Assembly (NCBI GenBank): GCA_036172245.1 | Contig: JAYWIR010000039.1 | Location: forward strand, 248,001 to 312,000 | Length of the DNA: 64,000 nucleotides | From: Raillietiella orientalis | Lineage: Eukaryota | Direction of reading: 5' to 3' | In this document: positions 1-13,391 of the stretch, piece by piece | How the letters are laid out: every line of letters begins with the position of its first letter | Numbering within the stretch: the first letter of the stretch is position 1 | Position numbers and translations under genes: made by a program | The notes under the pieces: generated by a model | What the model was told of the DNA's origin: nothing | The model's input: only the letters and a program-made list of their open reading frames with translations | Database searches by the model: none

Positions 1-716
1 CTGGAGCAGTCCCGCTCCGAGTGCTGCGGTCGTCCGGGAAGCGTAGTGTCTTTGCCTTGAGGCGCAGCGTTGTCGTGAATGGTGGTGCCATGAAGCGGGA
101 GAGAAGGAGCATTCGGGAAGAGGTGGGATGGCTGATGACATAAGGCGTCGCTGCTTGTTCTTGGTGGCTGCAGGAGTTTTTCTTGTGATGCCGCGGAGTG
201 GGATGCAGGCGGGTGTGGTGGTTCGATGCCTGGAGTTGCGAGGGTGGTTTTTTGAGTGCTGTGTTTGGGTGTGTATTTCCTGTGTTATGTAACTGTTATG
301 GAAGATACTCCGGGCGCAGCGTTGTCGCGAAGATACTACATCTGAACTCATCCCTTCCATCTCCAACTTGCTCTCCCCTATCCTCACAACCATCGACCCC
401 TCACGAACCGAAAGGACAAACAAAAGAAAAGATGCAGAAGCCGTAGCCCTAGAAACGCCCCTCCGATGTCGTCCCTCCACCCCCCATCCCAGCACATACA
501 CTACAGTCACCCCTATGGAACCCCCCCTCACTTCCACCTTCAAAAAATGAACCCTTCCGCACACCATGCCTTGGTGATGACCGGTGACAGGGGAGTCCCT
601 GGTCCAAGATCAATCCAAGGTCAGGGGAGCTGATGACCCTTCCCGTGAGGGCACTGGAGTCTTCTCAACCTGATCCCGTTCCGCTTCAGAAAAGGAGGGG
701 CTCGAGCGGCTGGAAG

Positions 717-2600
717 TTTTTTTCACCTGGTTACTCCGGGACATTTATTTGATAAAAAATAAACCAGTTGGGAACACCGCTGGTTCCCAACCGAAGACAA
801 CAAGAAATAAAGGGGAGGGTCTACCGGCACGCGGGCTGGGACAACAGAGAGTCCGGAACAAGGGAGGGACGACAACAAAAACAAACAAAATGGGTGAGAA
901 GGGCCAGGGATCTTTGGGTTCGCTCCGTATTCACCAGGATAAAAACGAAAAGCATCAAGAAAGTTACGGAGCGGATGTGGGTGAGGAATGTGCAAATAAT
1001 AAGAAGAAGACAGGGAGGGAGGGGAAATGGATCACCGGGTCCGCCGTTCCAAGCCATCCATCAACCGGCAGTGAATGCCGGTGATCTCCTTCGCTTCCTC
1101 TTTCAGGTGAGGCCATCTCGCAGCCTCCCTGATGTAGGTGACTGCCATCCTGATGACCTCCCTTCGCTGCGTGGTGATCTCTAGCATCTATCGGGTCCCA
1201 ACAATGACATGGATGCAACCCATGGCTGCTATCATTGCGCCTCGCTGGTACTGCACTGGCTGGCACGCGCGTTGCACTGGGGTCTCCCGTGCAGCGTGCG
1301 CCAGCACCATTGGACGAGGGGAAGCACATCGCCGAACTGTGCCAGGTATGGGGAGAAGGAGACATTCCCCCACCTCTTAGTTCAGTGCGTCGTCCTCCGG
1401 AACTTGTGGGAATGTTTCCCCGCGTCCTTTCCTCACCCCGCGGGCGATCCCAGAGACTCTTTGAGGCGCCTCTTCGTGCGGGACGCCATGACGCCCGCAG
1501 CCGCAATCGCAGCGCTGTGCTGTGTGTGCGGTGTCGTCGCGGCGAAGTGCGACGCCGAGGGTGGCCGAAGCGACGGGGGGACTGTCCTGCACGCCATCCG
1601 CTTCCTGCAGATAACTTCGAGGTGGCCCCACCTGGAATGGAAGAAGGAGGAGCTCGCCAGTATCCTTCAATGGATGCAGAGGCCTTAGCCACCACGAAAT
1701 GTGATCCCTTCCCTTCCCTCCAACTAATTTTTTTTTGTTAGTTTTTATTGTTTGTTATAGTTTGGTTCCTTTTTTTCTATTTTTGTTTCATTCCCTTTCC
1801 CCTTCGTGGACGTGATGGACCACCCCAGCTCCTATATTTCCTGTAGTAATAATTGCAATCGGTGAGCCTTTTGGCTCCATCGATTCCTTCAAGAGGAATA
1901 AACGCCCCGGCGCACCCGGATGTGAAATCACACGCCTGTCGAGAGGCCTCTCGGCGCGAAGATTCGCCGCAGCACGTTTTGGACGGTATCCTCCTGGTGC
2001 AGCAATGCTGCTGCTAGCCTCTGCTACAGTTCCTGGATGGCCCCGCTGTCCAAAAGCAGGTGCGGTGGGATCGACTACGCACCGACCCGCGCACCTGGCA
2101 TGGTGCGGGGATGCAACCTCTCCGGAAACTCGTTGCCGCCGCTCGTTGCACTCGTATCCCCAGTGGACGATGAGCAGAACGGCCCGCTTCCGGGAGAGGA
2201 GGAACAGCGAAATGTCCACACAATAGGGAGGGACCACAAGTTCTTCGGGAGCAACACTTGGAAGTTCTCTCCACGGAAGGAGTCGCATCGCCAAAGCACG
2301 CGGAGTGGCAGCATCCGCCAGCCCGCCCATCTTCCAGCCGCTGAGGAGTCTGTTTTTTCCGCGATGGTGCAGGTAGGTCTCGCCGGTAAGCTGCTATCAT
2401 CTCTTGTCCTGAGGGCAGGAAGCTGCTGGAAGTGCTCCGGTGTCGAGGGTGTTACCCGACAGCACCTTTGGAGTGCCAACGGCTGATGGCGCCCGGAAGG
2501 ATGCCGAGCATCCAGGAGCCCTTTCTCCTCTTCGTTGTGCGTGACCCAGGAGAACGTCAGTGTTCTTGGAGCTTCGTTCTGGCTCGACCCCGCGACGACT
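717..2600 (-). mobile_element. Degenerate non-LTR retrotransposon 3' portion, subfamily 2, split by the insertion at 1243-1926
   Basis: Minus-strand translations PEELVVPPYCVD..VLLIVHWGYECN (about 2140-2260), VLRRIFAPRGLSTG (about 1933-1980) and GAMIAAMGCIH..AARWPHLKEEAKEITGIHCR (about 1060-1240) align collinearly with ORF 31741-32715. Ends AATAAATGTCCCGGAGTAACCAGGTG plus A7 at 717-749. The 5' boundary is approximate. Confidence 0.8.
1243..1926 (+). mobile_element. 5'-truncated non-LTR retrotransposon, subfamily 1, nested antisense in a subfamily 2 copy
   Basis: ORF 1209-1688: LHWGLPC..HWTRG..PNCARYGEKETFPHLLVQC..LFVRDA..RWPHL. T-rich 3'UTR, terminus AATAAACGCCCCGGCGCACCCGGATGTGAA. Degenerate TSD ATCATTGCGCCT (1231-1242) / ATCACACGCCT (1927-1937). 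Confidence 0.85.
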
Positions 2601-5600
2601 TTCCATCCCTCTAGCCCCTTAGGATAAACTGCCCTCCGCGACGTCTCGCCCCGTGATGTGGAGCTCGAAAGACAAGTGGCGGCAGGGGATCCGACGCTGG
2701 CCCCGGTGCGGAGGAGCGCCCTTTCCGGTTCTCCGTGACCGCCGCCTTCACTCCTGCACACTTCCTGGCGTCCCGACGCGAGTCAGGGCCGCCGGGAACC
2801 TGCGCACCTGACCCTGACCCGCGTCACTCTGGGAGGAATCGGGTCCGGCGCCCTCGATGCTGCACGGTAGGCGAGAACGCAGCTCCCGGTGCAAGTCGAG
2901 GTGGGAAGGCCATCGTCAGCTTCCGATCAGATCGAAGGGATGGGGGCGCGTCTGAGGGCGTGTCCCCGAAGGTGGGGATCTTGGTAGCCCGGTTGACGGG
3001 AGGGACTCAGCCAGGGGTTCGCCATGAGGACCCGTCTATTCCTCATGGCAGGACCGGGAAGTGAGCAAGGCACTGGTTTTTTTTTTCTCTCTTTTCCCGG
3101 CAGCAGTATCCCGGTGTCTTCTGGACCTCTCCGCGCCCTTCGCCACTCCCGTCAGGGCCACGACCGCTGCTCCGCGCAGGGCGGCCGGCCGACCTCGAGC
3201 TGCTGCGCAGCATTCAAGGAGACGAGGAGCGGCGGAGGATCCTCCGCAGCGGCCGCCAGACGGAAAGGAGTCTCCGCGGCCCGGGGTGCGGGTATCTTTC
3301 GCTTTCTGCCGGACCGTCGGGGGAACGATGGGAGAGGGATCTGCGACCGGACGACCCTGCCTGGAGTAGATGCGCACACCCGGCTGACCCCTGTCTCTCT
3401 TCGAGCAGGGTGGTGGCCGATAGAGTAGTGCTGAAGGGCCGCCTGCCGGGATCTCCTGCCTTGCCGCCGTCCCCGCACGCCGGAGCTTTGGCCCAGCGTC
3501 CACCTCTCATGCTGCGGGCGCTGCTGCCGATGGCCCCGGCGCCGGCTGCTGCTCGGCAGAAGAGAGGGAACCAGTCGAGGGGGTTTCCAGACGGTCCTCT
3601 TGGCGTGAGCCAACTTGCCCGGCTCGGGGTCTCTTCATGCAGGGACGCCAGCCGGGAGCGACCCCGGAAAGAGGGTCGGCCCCTTTGTCTTATTCGTGGT
3701 CCACGCGGCGCCCTGATGGAGGTGGCAGCAGTGGGACATCCGGGAACGTTCTAGGGAGCTCGACCTCAGAAGCTTCGGTTTCCTACTCGCAGGAGGCCAC
3801 GGGAACGTCCTCAGGACCTTTTAGCTTGCTCCGGTCCGAATTCGCTCCCGCAAGCCCCGTCGCCGCCGGGGGAAGGAGAGGGAAGAAGTCGGCGGACTGG
3901 ATGGGGAGTGGGGTGCCTTCGCCCACGCAGTCAAGTCCGCGGACCACGAAGGGGCACTGCTGCTTCGCGGCCGGAGATCCAGGCGAGAAGACGCCTCCAC
4001 CTCCTCCCCGACTCGGCGCTCCCAGTGGCTCTGCAGCGCGTCGTTCCCTTGGAAATACTGCGGCGAATTCCCAGGGGGCAGTCTGTCCTTCAGATGCCCC
4101 CCCTTCCCATCGGTCTCTTCCCTTAGGCTTTCCTGGTGCGCGCTGCCGCCTTGAGGTGTCCTCCCGAGTTTTCCCGGCGCTCGGTTGCCGGGGACGTTTC
4201 GTCCCGTGCCGCGCGCCTCCCATGCCATCCACGGTAGGTGTGGCGAGCTCCCACGGACGAACCGTTGGCCCTGGATCGCACCCAGAGGCAGGGCAGCGCT
4301 TTCCCTTGCTCGAGGCGAACCATGGAGGACCCTGCTGACGTTTGGCCTCCGGTGGAGGAGTCAAGGAAGCCCGCGCTGCGTAGGGAGGAGAAGGGTAGGA
4401 GCGGGCCCAGTCCAAGAGGGGTGTTAAGTGAGATGAATCGAGGATGAACAAAGGGAAAGGATGCGAGTGAGCTCACGGCTGGTGCTCTGCAAGTTGGGGG
4501 GATGTGTAGGAGAGCATTGAGGTCAGTCCGCCGCAGCTGCCTCCGATTGAGGTCATGCGAAAGGAAAGTCAGTTGATGGCTGTCGCGCGCGCCTCCCGGC
4601 GGCCCGCAGCCTCAAGTTGGCCGCGGACAGGCACTCTTGTAGAAAGCGCACGGATGAGCAGCGTCATTCGCACTTTCTATCTCCGCGGCGGCGGGGGCTG
4701 CTCCCGCGGTGGGTGGGTCGTCCAAACGAGAGAGCCGCGGTCGCCGCGAACAAAGGACCCCTCGGGGATATCGGACCCGGGTTGCGAGACGGGCTCCAGA
4801 TGAGGACTCATCCGTTGGCACCGCTAAAGAGCCGGCGCGGAACACGCGGTTCAGGGCCGTTCCGCGCAGGACACGCCGTCGCCTATCGACTCCGTCGGTT
4901 TCGGACGCGCGCCTGCAGCCGGTGCTCGGAGAGGACGCCCCTCCTGGGGCCGCCTCCGTAGCATCGTGGTGAGGTGTCCGCGCGATATGGCGGCTGTGTA
5001 GGAAGGTTGTCGCTCCTTCGTCCCTTCCCGGGTCGCTCGATGCTCCCCGAAGGGCTCGCGCTGGGGGTCTCCGAGGCGACATGGCTGCCTCTCCTCGAAG
5101 GCTCTCGTTTCCAAGGGAACCATAGACCCGGAAGCGCGAGTGCTCCTCCTCACTGACAATCCTCATCAGGTGCTCGGGTCACTCGCCAGCCCGGATGCTC
5201 TCCATCGACCTGTAGTCCGGCCACAGCGCGGAAGAAGCCGGAAGGAAAACGCTTTCTCGGCGCTCCTGAACCGGCCGCAAGGGCAGAACTTTTGCTATCC
5301 TCTTCCGGTCCCTGCCTTCTGCTGATGCTGCTCTGGCACTCCTCTCGCGCATTCGCTGACCCAGCAGTCATGGAACTTTCGAGCTCAGCAGCAAGCTCTT
5401 TGCCCTCCCTCTCTCCTCCTCCTCTCGTCCCTCCCCCCCCGAGCGGACAGGCCGGTTCCTGAAGTCTCTTCAGGGTCGTCATTCAGGTCATCCATGCGCT
5501 GGGAAGAGGGGAGTGGTGCCGTCCAGGAGTCAGTGAAAAGGATGAAGAGGAGGAAGGGAAGAGAAGGAGGAGGAGGAAGAGGAAGAAGGAAGAGGAGGAG

Positions 5601-8559
5601 CTGCCCTTCCAAGGTTCTGGATGTCCGCCTGCGAAACCGCCGGTGGCACGAGAGGACTCTTCTGAGCGTGCAGCGGGCAACGCTCGCCGCATCGCGCGCG
5701 CGGGACCTTTGTTCTTCCCGCGAACGGTCAAGGGGTGGTCCAGCGAGAAGGGCGGATCCGAGAGACTGCGGGCTGGGCCTTGCGGTTGCTCGTGACAAGA
5801 TCCGGCTCTGAGAGGCTTGGAGACTCGGCTCGGAGGTGGACGCTGATTGTTTGACGAGATGGGGTGGAGAGGAGGAAGCATTGCGTGTACCACCTTGCAA
5901 GGAACGGGACTCGAGTATGCAAGAATTCCGTACGCTTCGTGTGGAGACGAAAAAAAACCCTCGATCATATACCGTGTTGATCACCAGCAGTAGCACCTAA
6001 GCGGGCAACTTATCAGCCACCATGCACTGCACCTTGGAGAGGTTTCACGTTCTATTTATAACTCTTTCTTTGAAAGTCTGGAGAGCACTGGGTGGTTGGA
6101 TTCATGGATGCCATGAGTGGATGAATGTATGGTACATCACTAATCACATCTCCATTTCGGAGATACTGAGGTTTCTCTTAAAGAGGGATTCTTTCCAGGG
6201 GGACGCTGTCCATCCGGGACCCGGGACCAATGGAGCGCACCCAAAAGCCGTTCCTGTAGCACCCTCTTCCTTACCAGATCAACAGGACCTCTCTGGAGAG
6301 CTTGCAGATACCGCCAAGAGGGCGGTTTCAGGCAGAGACTCGCGCGGAAAATGTTCCGTGCCCACGACCGTCGCAACCCTGGGCCTCCTGCCCGGCGAGA
6401 CCCACGGGACATCCGCTTTCCCCGGTGGCGGACCCAAGACTCAAGCGGGCCTGGGGTCCCCAGGAGCGTTCGGTTCAACCCACAGCCCCATTCTGCGCTC
6501 ACCCCAATGGAGCCCGCTCGAGATTTGCCCGTTGAATCCGACGGCCCGGACTTTGGCATTCCAGCAAGTCAAACTTTTTACCGATCCAGGGTTCGAGGAC
6601 AGCTCAATTTATTTCGATCCCAATACCTTCGAGGAGCTGCAGCTATCTCCCGATGCGTGAGGATGACGCCAATAATTGAACGAGGGCGAGACGACGAGGA
6701 GGTAAAAGAGGAAGGAAGGGGGTGGAGAAAGGTAGGCGAATGAGATGGAGGAGGAGGAGGAAGGAAAGGAGAGTGATTTCGGAGGCAGCCGCCCACTTGG
6801 TGACCAATTGGTTTGCCTCCCTCCCCTATGCCGAGCTCCTGCGACCGATCGGCACGCCAGGACCGCCGTGGGCCTGCCGAGCCAAAGTTCCCCACCCGGT
6901 TGCTCGCTGGCCAGGATGGCCAGGATGCAAATTCCCCTCCTCCTTTCTGGAGAATTCCCTCCCTCTTCTCCCTATCTCCCCCACATCCACCTTTCCATAG
7001 GGAGGGTGCCCGTCCTGACAGTTCGCTGGCTGCCCCTTTAGAGAGGAGCTCTGCGGGTCGCGGCGCGCGGTTCAGGAGGAAGGCGTTCGCCTTTTGCTGG
7101 TCCCCGTCCCGTTCCCTTCCGGCTCTCCGGCCGGTAAGCCCCGCGACGGAGCATGCGGGGCGCCACGCGAGTCTTCCAAGCATCCGTGCTTGGTCCAGGG
7201 CGGACACCAGCGGTTGCATCGAAAGGTTGACTCTCCGCTCACCGTCCCGGACCACCGGACGACTAACAAAAATTCTCTCAGTAGGGAAGGGGCCGGGGCG
7301 GATGAGGGAGAAGGGCAGACCCCCACAGGGGACCGAACGCGAGGCAGGAGAGTGGAGGAAGGGAGGGATGAATAGGGAAGGGGAAGGACCGGCCAGTTTG
7401 GGCAACAAAGGGGATTCCCGAGGCCCTGCGTTGGGCAGGCACCCGTGACGATGCCGGACGAGAAGAGCCGCAGCGGAGCAGTCGCACATTCGCCTTTGCG
7501 ACAGCCCCTCGCCGGTTCGCATCGCCTCAAACGTTCCACCACGCACCGCAAGGGAAATTCGGCATTCGTATTTTATTCCATTATTCGTATCCATCATTTT
7601 GTTTTGATTCGTGCAGAACGAGCACGAGGACACGAGGTCATTGCATTTCTCATATTGACCTCGTGTCTTCTCTGCTTCGTGGGACGGCGGAACTGAACCT
7701 GAGAGCGGCGCGGTCCGCCGGCGTTCGCTGCGGAGCGTCGGTGGAGTCGATCAGACCTTCGACCGGACCTGTGTAAGGCCCCTTCTTCTCCTCTCCCCTC
7801 CCCACGAATCGTCCGGAGGTCGCGTCGCTGGGGTAGGCGAGGAAGCGCGGGGATCGCTTTTCCGTTTCGCCGCTAGAGGAACGACTCGCGCAGGGTACGG
7901 AGGTGGCGAGTGCAGCTGGCGAATGGCTGGTGGAAAATGGAGAAAACCCGGAGGAGCTTCCGAAGAGCAAGGGAAGAAGAAGAGCACGGGAGAGCGCACG
8001 GACGCAGCCTCTCATGACTCAGAGTGGTCCGAAAACCAAAAATCTCGGTATAGTTTCTGGGGATAATTTTCTGGGGACTGAATGCTCCTTGAAGAGCACC
8101 GCCGTCGGCTCGCTTAGCGGTGTACCCCCCTCCGGTGGGCCCCTCCCAGGAATCGAGTAGATGATCTCTCGGCCACTCGAAGACCCGATGGCAGCAACGA
8201 CAGGGTGCATCGGCCGCAGGTTCAAGAGCTGCGGAGGAGGAGGATCAAAAGGCAGCTCCTCTTGAAACTTCGGGAGGAGGAAACCCCTTTCAGCCGTGCT
8301 CAAATAATAGGGGCGAGGGTTAGCTATGGGTCGGAACCCTTTCCCACCTTTCAGGGTTGCCTACACGGCTCGCGTTGGAGGCCATGCGGCTGCGGTCTCC
8401 GCGCCTGAAGCACGGGTTCGAACGCCGCCCCGGGAAGAGTCGACGCCGGCAACGGGGGTGCGCTGAGGGTTTCGAGTTACCCCCGCAGGATGAACGCCTG
8501 TAGGCTTCAGGTGCGGCGGTACTGGTGGAGGGAGTTGAAAGCCGGATGCCCCTCCCCGC

Positions 8560-9040
8560 TGACTCGCTGGGAGTGGAATTTAACCACCGGAGTCCTACCG
8601 GGAAAAGGATACAGTCCCCTTCGGGGTTGCTCCCTCCCGGTTGCAAAAGGGGAGCCGGTCCCCCCCCTCCTCGGGGACGGGAGTTCCTTCCATCGCGTAA
8701 CGTGCAACTCGTTGATACTCCTCTCGGGGGTCCCCTGCCCAGAGTGCTAGGAAGCGCGCAACTCCCTTCGGAGTTCTCTTCAGAGGAGCGGATCCTTTCC
8801 GGGTGACTCCGCCGGAGAGGACAAGGAAGAGGTTCATCCCTTCGGCGTTCCTCCTCCCAGGAGTGAGAGAGGAGAGGACTCCTTCCTCCGGAATCCTTCC
8901 TGGATTCGTAGGGTGGCCCCTTCCCGGGGTGATCCCCTAACCTGAAGAGTTGCTACACGCACCCTCGGGTGACGTGGGCAGCGTCAAAGCGCGTCGTGAG
9001 CCCTCCGCAAGGAGGTGGACAGTTCTTCAGCATTTGGCTA
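8560..9040 (+). mobile_element. UUCG-tetraloop-rich repeat plus start of a putative ORF1 (same family as 21730-22600, 53161-53900, 55390-56020)
   Basis: Shares GGAGCGGATCCTTTCCGGGT, CCTTCCTGGATTC and the EEL.HAPS.DV..VK coding motif with the other copies; CTTCGG occurs near 8619, 8766 and 8840. Confidence 0.65.
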
Positions 9041-10467
9041 ACGGCAGTAAACGAGAGGGGGAGGGAAGGGAGGGCGCTCCGGGCTTCAGTGGCGCCTCCG
9101 ACGTTGACCTCTCAAACCTGCTTGGGAAAGGACCCCCGGGACCCCTTTCCAGTGGGCACTGGAGTCAGGGGGGCGAGCTGCACCAAAACGAGTGGGAAGG
9201 AAGGAGGGTTGACGTCGACGTTGAGCGTCCAGCGCGCAGAAGCGACTCACTGCCCGACCCATCGTGGGGGGGGGACCCCTGGGGAGCGCGGAGCTTGCTG
9301 TGTGTTCCCCGACGGTCTCCAGGCGTTCCCTGGTGGAGCCTCTTTGAGGCCAACACCCGGCGCCCACCTGCAGTCCGGACGAGATGAAAGCCCACTCCTC
9401 CCCTCCCTCCGCGCGGCAGGATCGGATTTCACCTTTTCCCACTGGTCTGCGCGGCCGCTCTGCGTGCTCTCAGACGTGGTCATACCCCGAGGGGCTGGCT
9501 GACGAGCGCTTCTTGTGTGCACCTGCCAGCAGGAGGGGATGGCGTCCCGCCTTCTTCACGTGGAGCCCTCCGAGGACCGGAGCACCTGCTGCTGCCTCCA
9601 CGCAAGTTCCCCTATTGGAGAGGTGGGGTCTCCCCAAGGTCTCCCGCTTGGAATTCCCGCTGCATGCAACCCGAGCTCTTCGCCCGTCCCCACCGGCTGG
9701 CCCATCGTGGAGATTCCGTGGTGGTCTCTCTCTCCTGCCCTCGCTTGAAGACACGAAGGGCAGGCAGGCATGCCCGCTTTGGTGGTCTCCTCCTGCCACG
9801 GAAAACTCCCGGCTCTTCCCTTCCCCTCTTTTTTCCTCCCTCGCTACACAGCGGCACCCGTCGGCGTCCTTTCGGGATCCCCGCCAGCACCAGCGGTGCG
9901 GCTCCACCTGCCGGAATTCCCACCCACCTTCCTCGTTCGTCCCGATCGGGTCAGATTCAAGCGGCAGACCACCAGTGGATTCTGAAGCTGCCGCCGAAGA
10001 CTGCATGGGCTGCTGCAGCGGGGAGCGAGCAGCAGACGGAAGCTGCTGCAGCAGCGGCGGCGGCGGCGCTCATCGAATCGCTTCAAGGACGCGCGCGCGC
10101 GCTCTGCGAGTCCGAAAGCGGGAGACGGGCAGAGCGCGCAAGCGCGGCGCAGAACAGGCTGGTGAGGGCCACGGGCGTCGTCCCCGACTAACGCAGCCCG
10201 TCGCGAGTTTCCAAGGGGACGCACCGAAGGGCTTCTTCGCAGGAAGCGTCCGCGACCGCGAGCCAGCATCAGCTGCGCACGAACGCAGGCGGCTTGGCGG
10301 CGGTCCTCTGGGGCCGAGTACTTGCTCAGTGGTGGCGGCGGCGCACACTTCTCTTCCTGTCTGCGGGCGCGCGTCGGCGGCAGGAAAACTACCACCACTC
10401 GTTCCAGTGGAAAAGGTCCGCTTGCATCTGGGGAAGGAACACTGTCTGAAATGTTTCCTGTGATCCA

Positions 10468-10489
10468 ACACACACACACACACACACAC
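10468..10489. repeat. (CA)n microsatellite
   Basis: Direct observation. Confidence 0.9.
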
Positions 10490-12466
10490 CAACAAAAAAG
10501 AATATATATAAAAAAAAAAGAAAACCCTCCTTAATAGGTCTTCCGATGGAATGGCATGGGAACCTTTTTTCCTTTTTTTATTTACTTGTTTCTTTTCGCC
10601 TTCCCCGGCGTCTCCCTAAAACGTCAGCAGATCACCACGAGATGCCTCGCAGCCGTGTTCCCAGACTCCTCCGCACGGAGAAGGCGCCCTTCCATTTCCG
10701 AACCGGGTGATCGAATACGGGCAGAAATAAGCGAAGATTTTTCATGGCCATTGCCATCCCCTCCGCGGATCTGGCTCCACACAGAAATAACATGCAATCA
10801 CGTCCTCGGTGACAGTGCATACGTGATGTCACAGAGTATTCCTGTGACGTACGGTGGAGCAAGGAGGATCCGCGGAGCTCCCTAACCATCACCGTTCGTG
10901 AAATTCCGGGACTATGGCGAGCGAGGAGGAACGGCGTGGAAATTTTCGAACCACGTCGCGGGGTTTCCCGATGCCGTGCGTCGCGTCCGCGCATGGGAAA
11001 AGCGAGCCCTCGGCATCCATCTTAGGAAAATGAATCGACTCCAAATAGCTGGGCGGCCGATTTTTTGGAAAATACTCGGCTCCTCTCGTGAGCCCCCGAT
11101 GTTCCATCACCGGTGTACGACGTTCGTGCGCACCGAGAAGCTGGCTCGAAGCTACGGAAAAAGGTGTTCTGGACGTGCGCCTTTTCGTACCACTGCATGT
11201 GTTTGTCTCGATATGCGGCCGAGCAAAAGATTAGTAATGATGCCGTCGAGGAAAAATATCGAGATAAGCATGTTCTGGCAGGCTTTTCCATTTTGATGCT
11301 ATCCTGTGCTCACTGTTCCAATTTCATGGGAAAAGGAAAAAAATTTCCAGCCACAGGGGGAAAAAAAAAAAAAAAAATCACTTTGAGGTTCTGTTCGGGT
11401 ATAATTCTCAGGGAGAAAGAAAGGAAAGAAAGAAAGAAAAAAGTAAAGTATTTTGTTTAAAAAAATTTTTTTTTTTTTTAAAAAAGGCGTCTAAAAATAA
11501 AGTAACGCTGCTTTGAGAATTTAAAACTCGACAGGGAAACACTTGCACATGTTTTTCCGAGCAACAATGAGGGTGTCCGTCGCCAAGCGACGGATTAAAT
11601 TTTTTGCTAAATTTAAATCTCATGGTGACGACAGGAGCGCAGCACATCGAATGGCGATTTAAATTTTCTCCTAGCGATGAGATCACTGAATCGCGTCTTT
11701 ATTTTTTATTTTTCTTAAAAAAAAAACGCTCGTGATAACCGTGGTGTCCGTTTCAACATGTAACCTTATAAAGGCCACCGCATTTTTAGATGAATTTAGG
11801 ACTTCGGAAAAAAAAACTGAATAAATAAATGCACGCATGAATTGATTTTCGTGTGTGTGTGTTTGTTTATTTCTAAAGAGGTGATGTTTTGAAAACTCAT
11901 TGGCTGATGGTGCTCGAAGATGGTAGGGCAATTTTTTTTTTTTTCCAAAAAAAATGGCCTTTAACATTTAGAAAATTTCTGAATCCTGAGAAGAAGTTTC
12001 TACAGGATTTTCTTCACAATGAGCTCGCACACATGCTTATCTTTGTTTCACATGCAAATACGAGTTCCGCTTGGCTATTTTTAATTTTGATAAAACACAT
12101 TGGTTGTTGCGTAAATGCATTTATCACAAACATGCATTTTCTCTGGGAACGAGGGACACAGCAAGCAAGCAAGCACACGATGCCACCGCATTTAGAAAAT
12201 CTATTCCTCTCGTCTCGGAAGCCAGAAATCCCACAAAGGCGTAGGGAAGCTGCTGCTCCCAGCACGCAGCAGCAGGTTTCAACCAAAATTTTGGTGCACA
12301 GCGCGCCACCACCACAGCGAAATTCCGTGGGCTAACCGATCCGTCGGGACCTGGCAACCGGATTGTTCCCCTTTCATCGTACTCCCTCCTGCCAACACGG
12401 ATGGGATCATCATCGTCATCGTTTCGCAAGAGCGGGGGGATGGGGGGGGGGGGTTCCCGCCGTCTT

Positions 12467-12502
12467 TGTGTGTGTGTGTGTGTGTGTGTGTTTGTGTGTG
12501 TG
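12467..12502. repeat. (TG)n microsatellite, once interrupted
   Basis: Direct observation. Confidence 0.9.
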
Positions 12503-13391
12503 ACGGTGGTGCCACTGCAATGGCAAGCAGACGAAGAGCCAGCGGATCTGGGATCAATCCCAGCGGATCGTTCCCGATCGGCGAGGCAGCAAGCAGCAGC
12601 ACGGAGGAACGGGACTTGCCCCCCCCCCCCCTCCTCCCGCCCTCTCCGAGATCTGGATTTTCAGTTTCCCTTCCGACGTACACACGGGCACGAAAAGTTC
12701 GTCGCGGGAACCGCGGATGCAGATGCCTCCTTCTGGATGAAGAAGCAGATTCGCGGAGACCCAGCTGCCGACGACGAGCACTGACGTTGCTCCTTCTTTG
12801 TTTCTCCTCCTCGCGCGTCTCAACGGGTATTTAACTGATCAGCTGAGCATTGTTTATCAGTACAGGGAGCGCTCCGTCGTGGCGAGGCGGCCGCTCGCTG
12901 CTGCTGCGTTCTTGCAGCAGCTTCGGTTAGCAACAAAGTGGTACAGGTTCCTGCTGCCGTGCCCCCTGCGTGCCGTTACATCCGGATGTAACCCCCCAGC
13001 TGCGTGCGTGCGTGTGTGTGTGTTCCGAGCGAAAGTGTAGAGTGTATGGATTTTTGTGTGTGTCTCGAGCCTCAGGTGCGGTGCGAACGATGGGAGTTCG
13101 AATCTTCCGAGCTTCCCAAGCTGCAGACAGAAAGCGTGGAAAGCTCGGAGGAGTCGTCCAGCCCCTTCTCCCCCCCCGGAGTGATTTCTTTGTACGTCGT
13201 CTTCACCAGTTAGCGTACGCTGCCGTGGTCTGGGCAGGTTCTCCCCATGTCCGTACGTTTCTGTACAAGCAGATCCGTGTTCCGTAGCTGCAAATGGACA
13301 AGTACGAAAGTCATGTCTTCCCGTGCACGACACTCTTGGTGAAACACTATGCTGACTTGAAAAAGTAAGTCCTGGTGAAAAAGCACAAGTG

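Noticed and set aside
717..1926. Apparent TIR-bounded DNA transposon (inverted terminal motifs at 717/1926 and 45106/46548)
   Set aside because: TSDs and continuation of the outer copy's coding sequence beyond the inner copy show nested antisense insertions of single-ended elements.
705..2433. Possible TSD AGCGGCTGGAAGT (705-717) / AGCTGCTGGAAGT (2421-2433)
   Set aside because: Similarity to subfamily 2 appears to extend beyond 2433, so the match may be coincidental.
8942..9000. Hammerhead-like CTGAAGA plus stem (also CTGATGA near 630)
   Set aside because: No GAAA after stem II and no closing helices; the 8942 segment is better explained as coding (EEL.HAPS).
10540..13390. Possible exons or DNA-transposon remnant upstream of Atg1
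   Set aside because: Several protein-like short frames on both strands, but no consistent splice model or recognisable motif.
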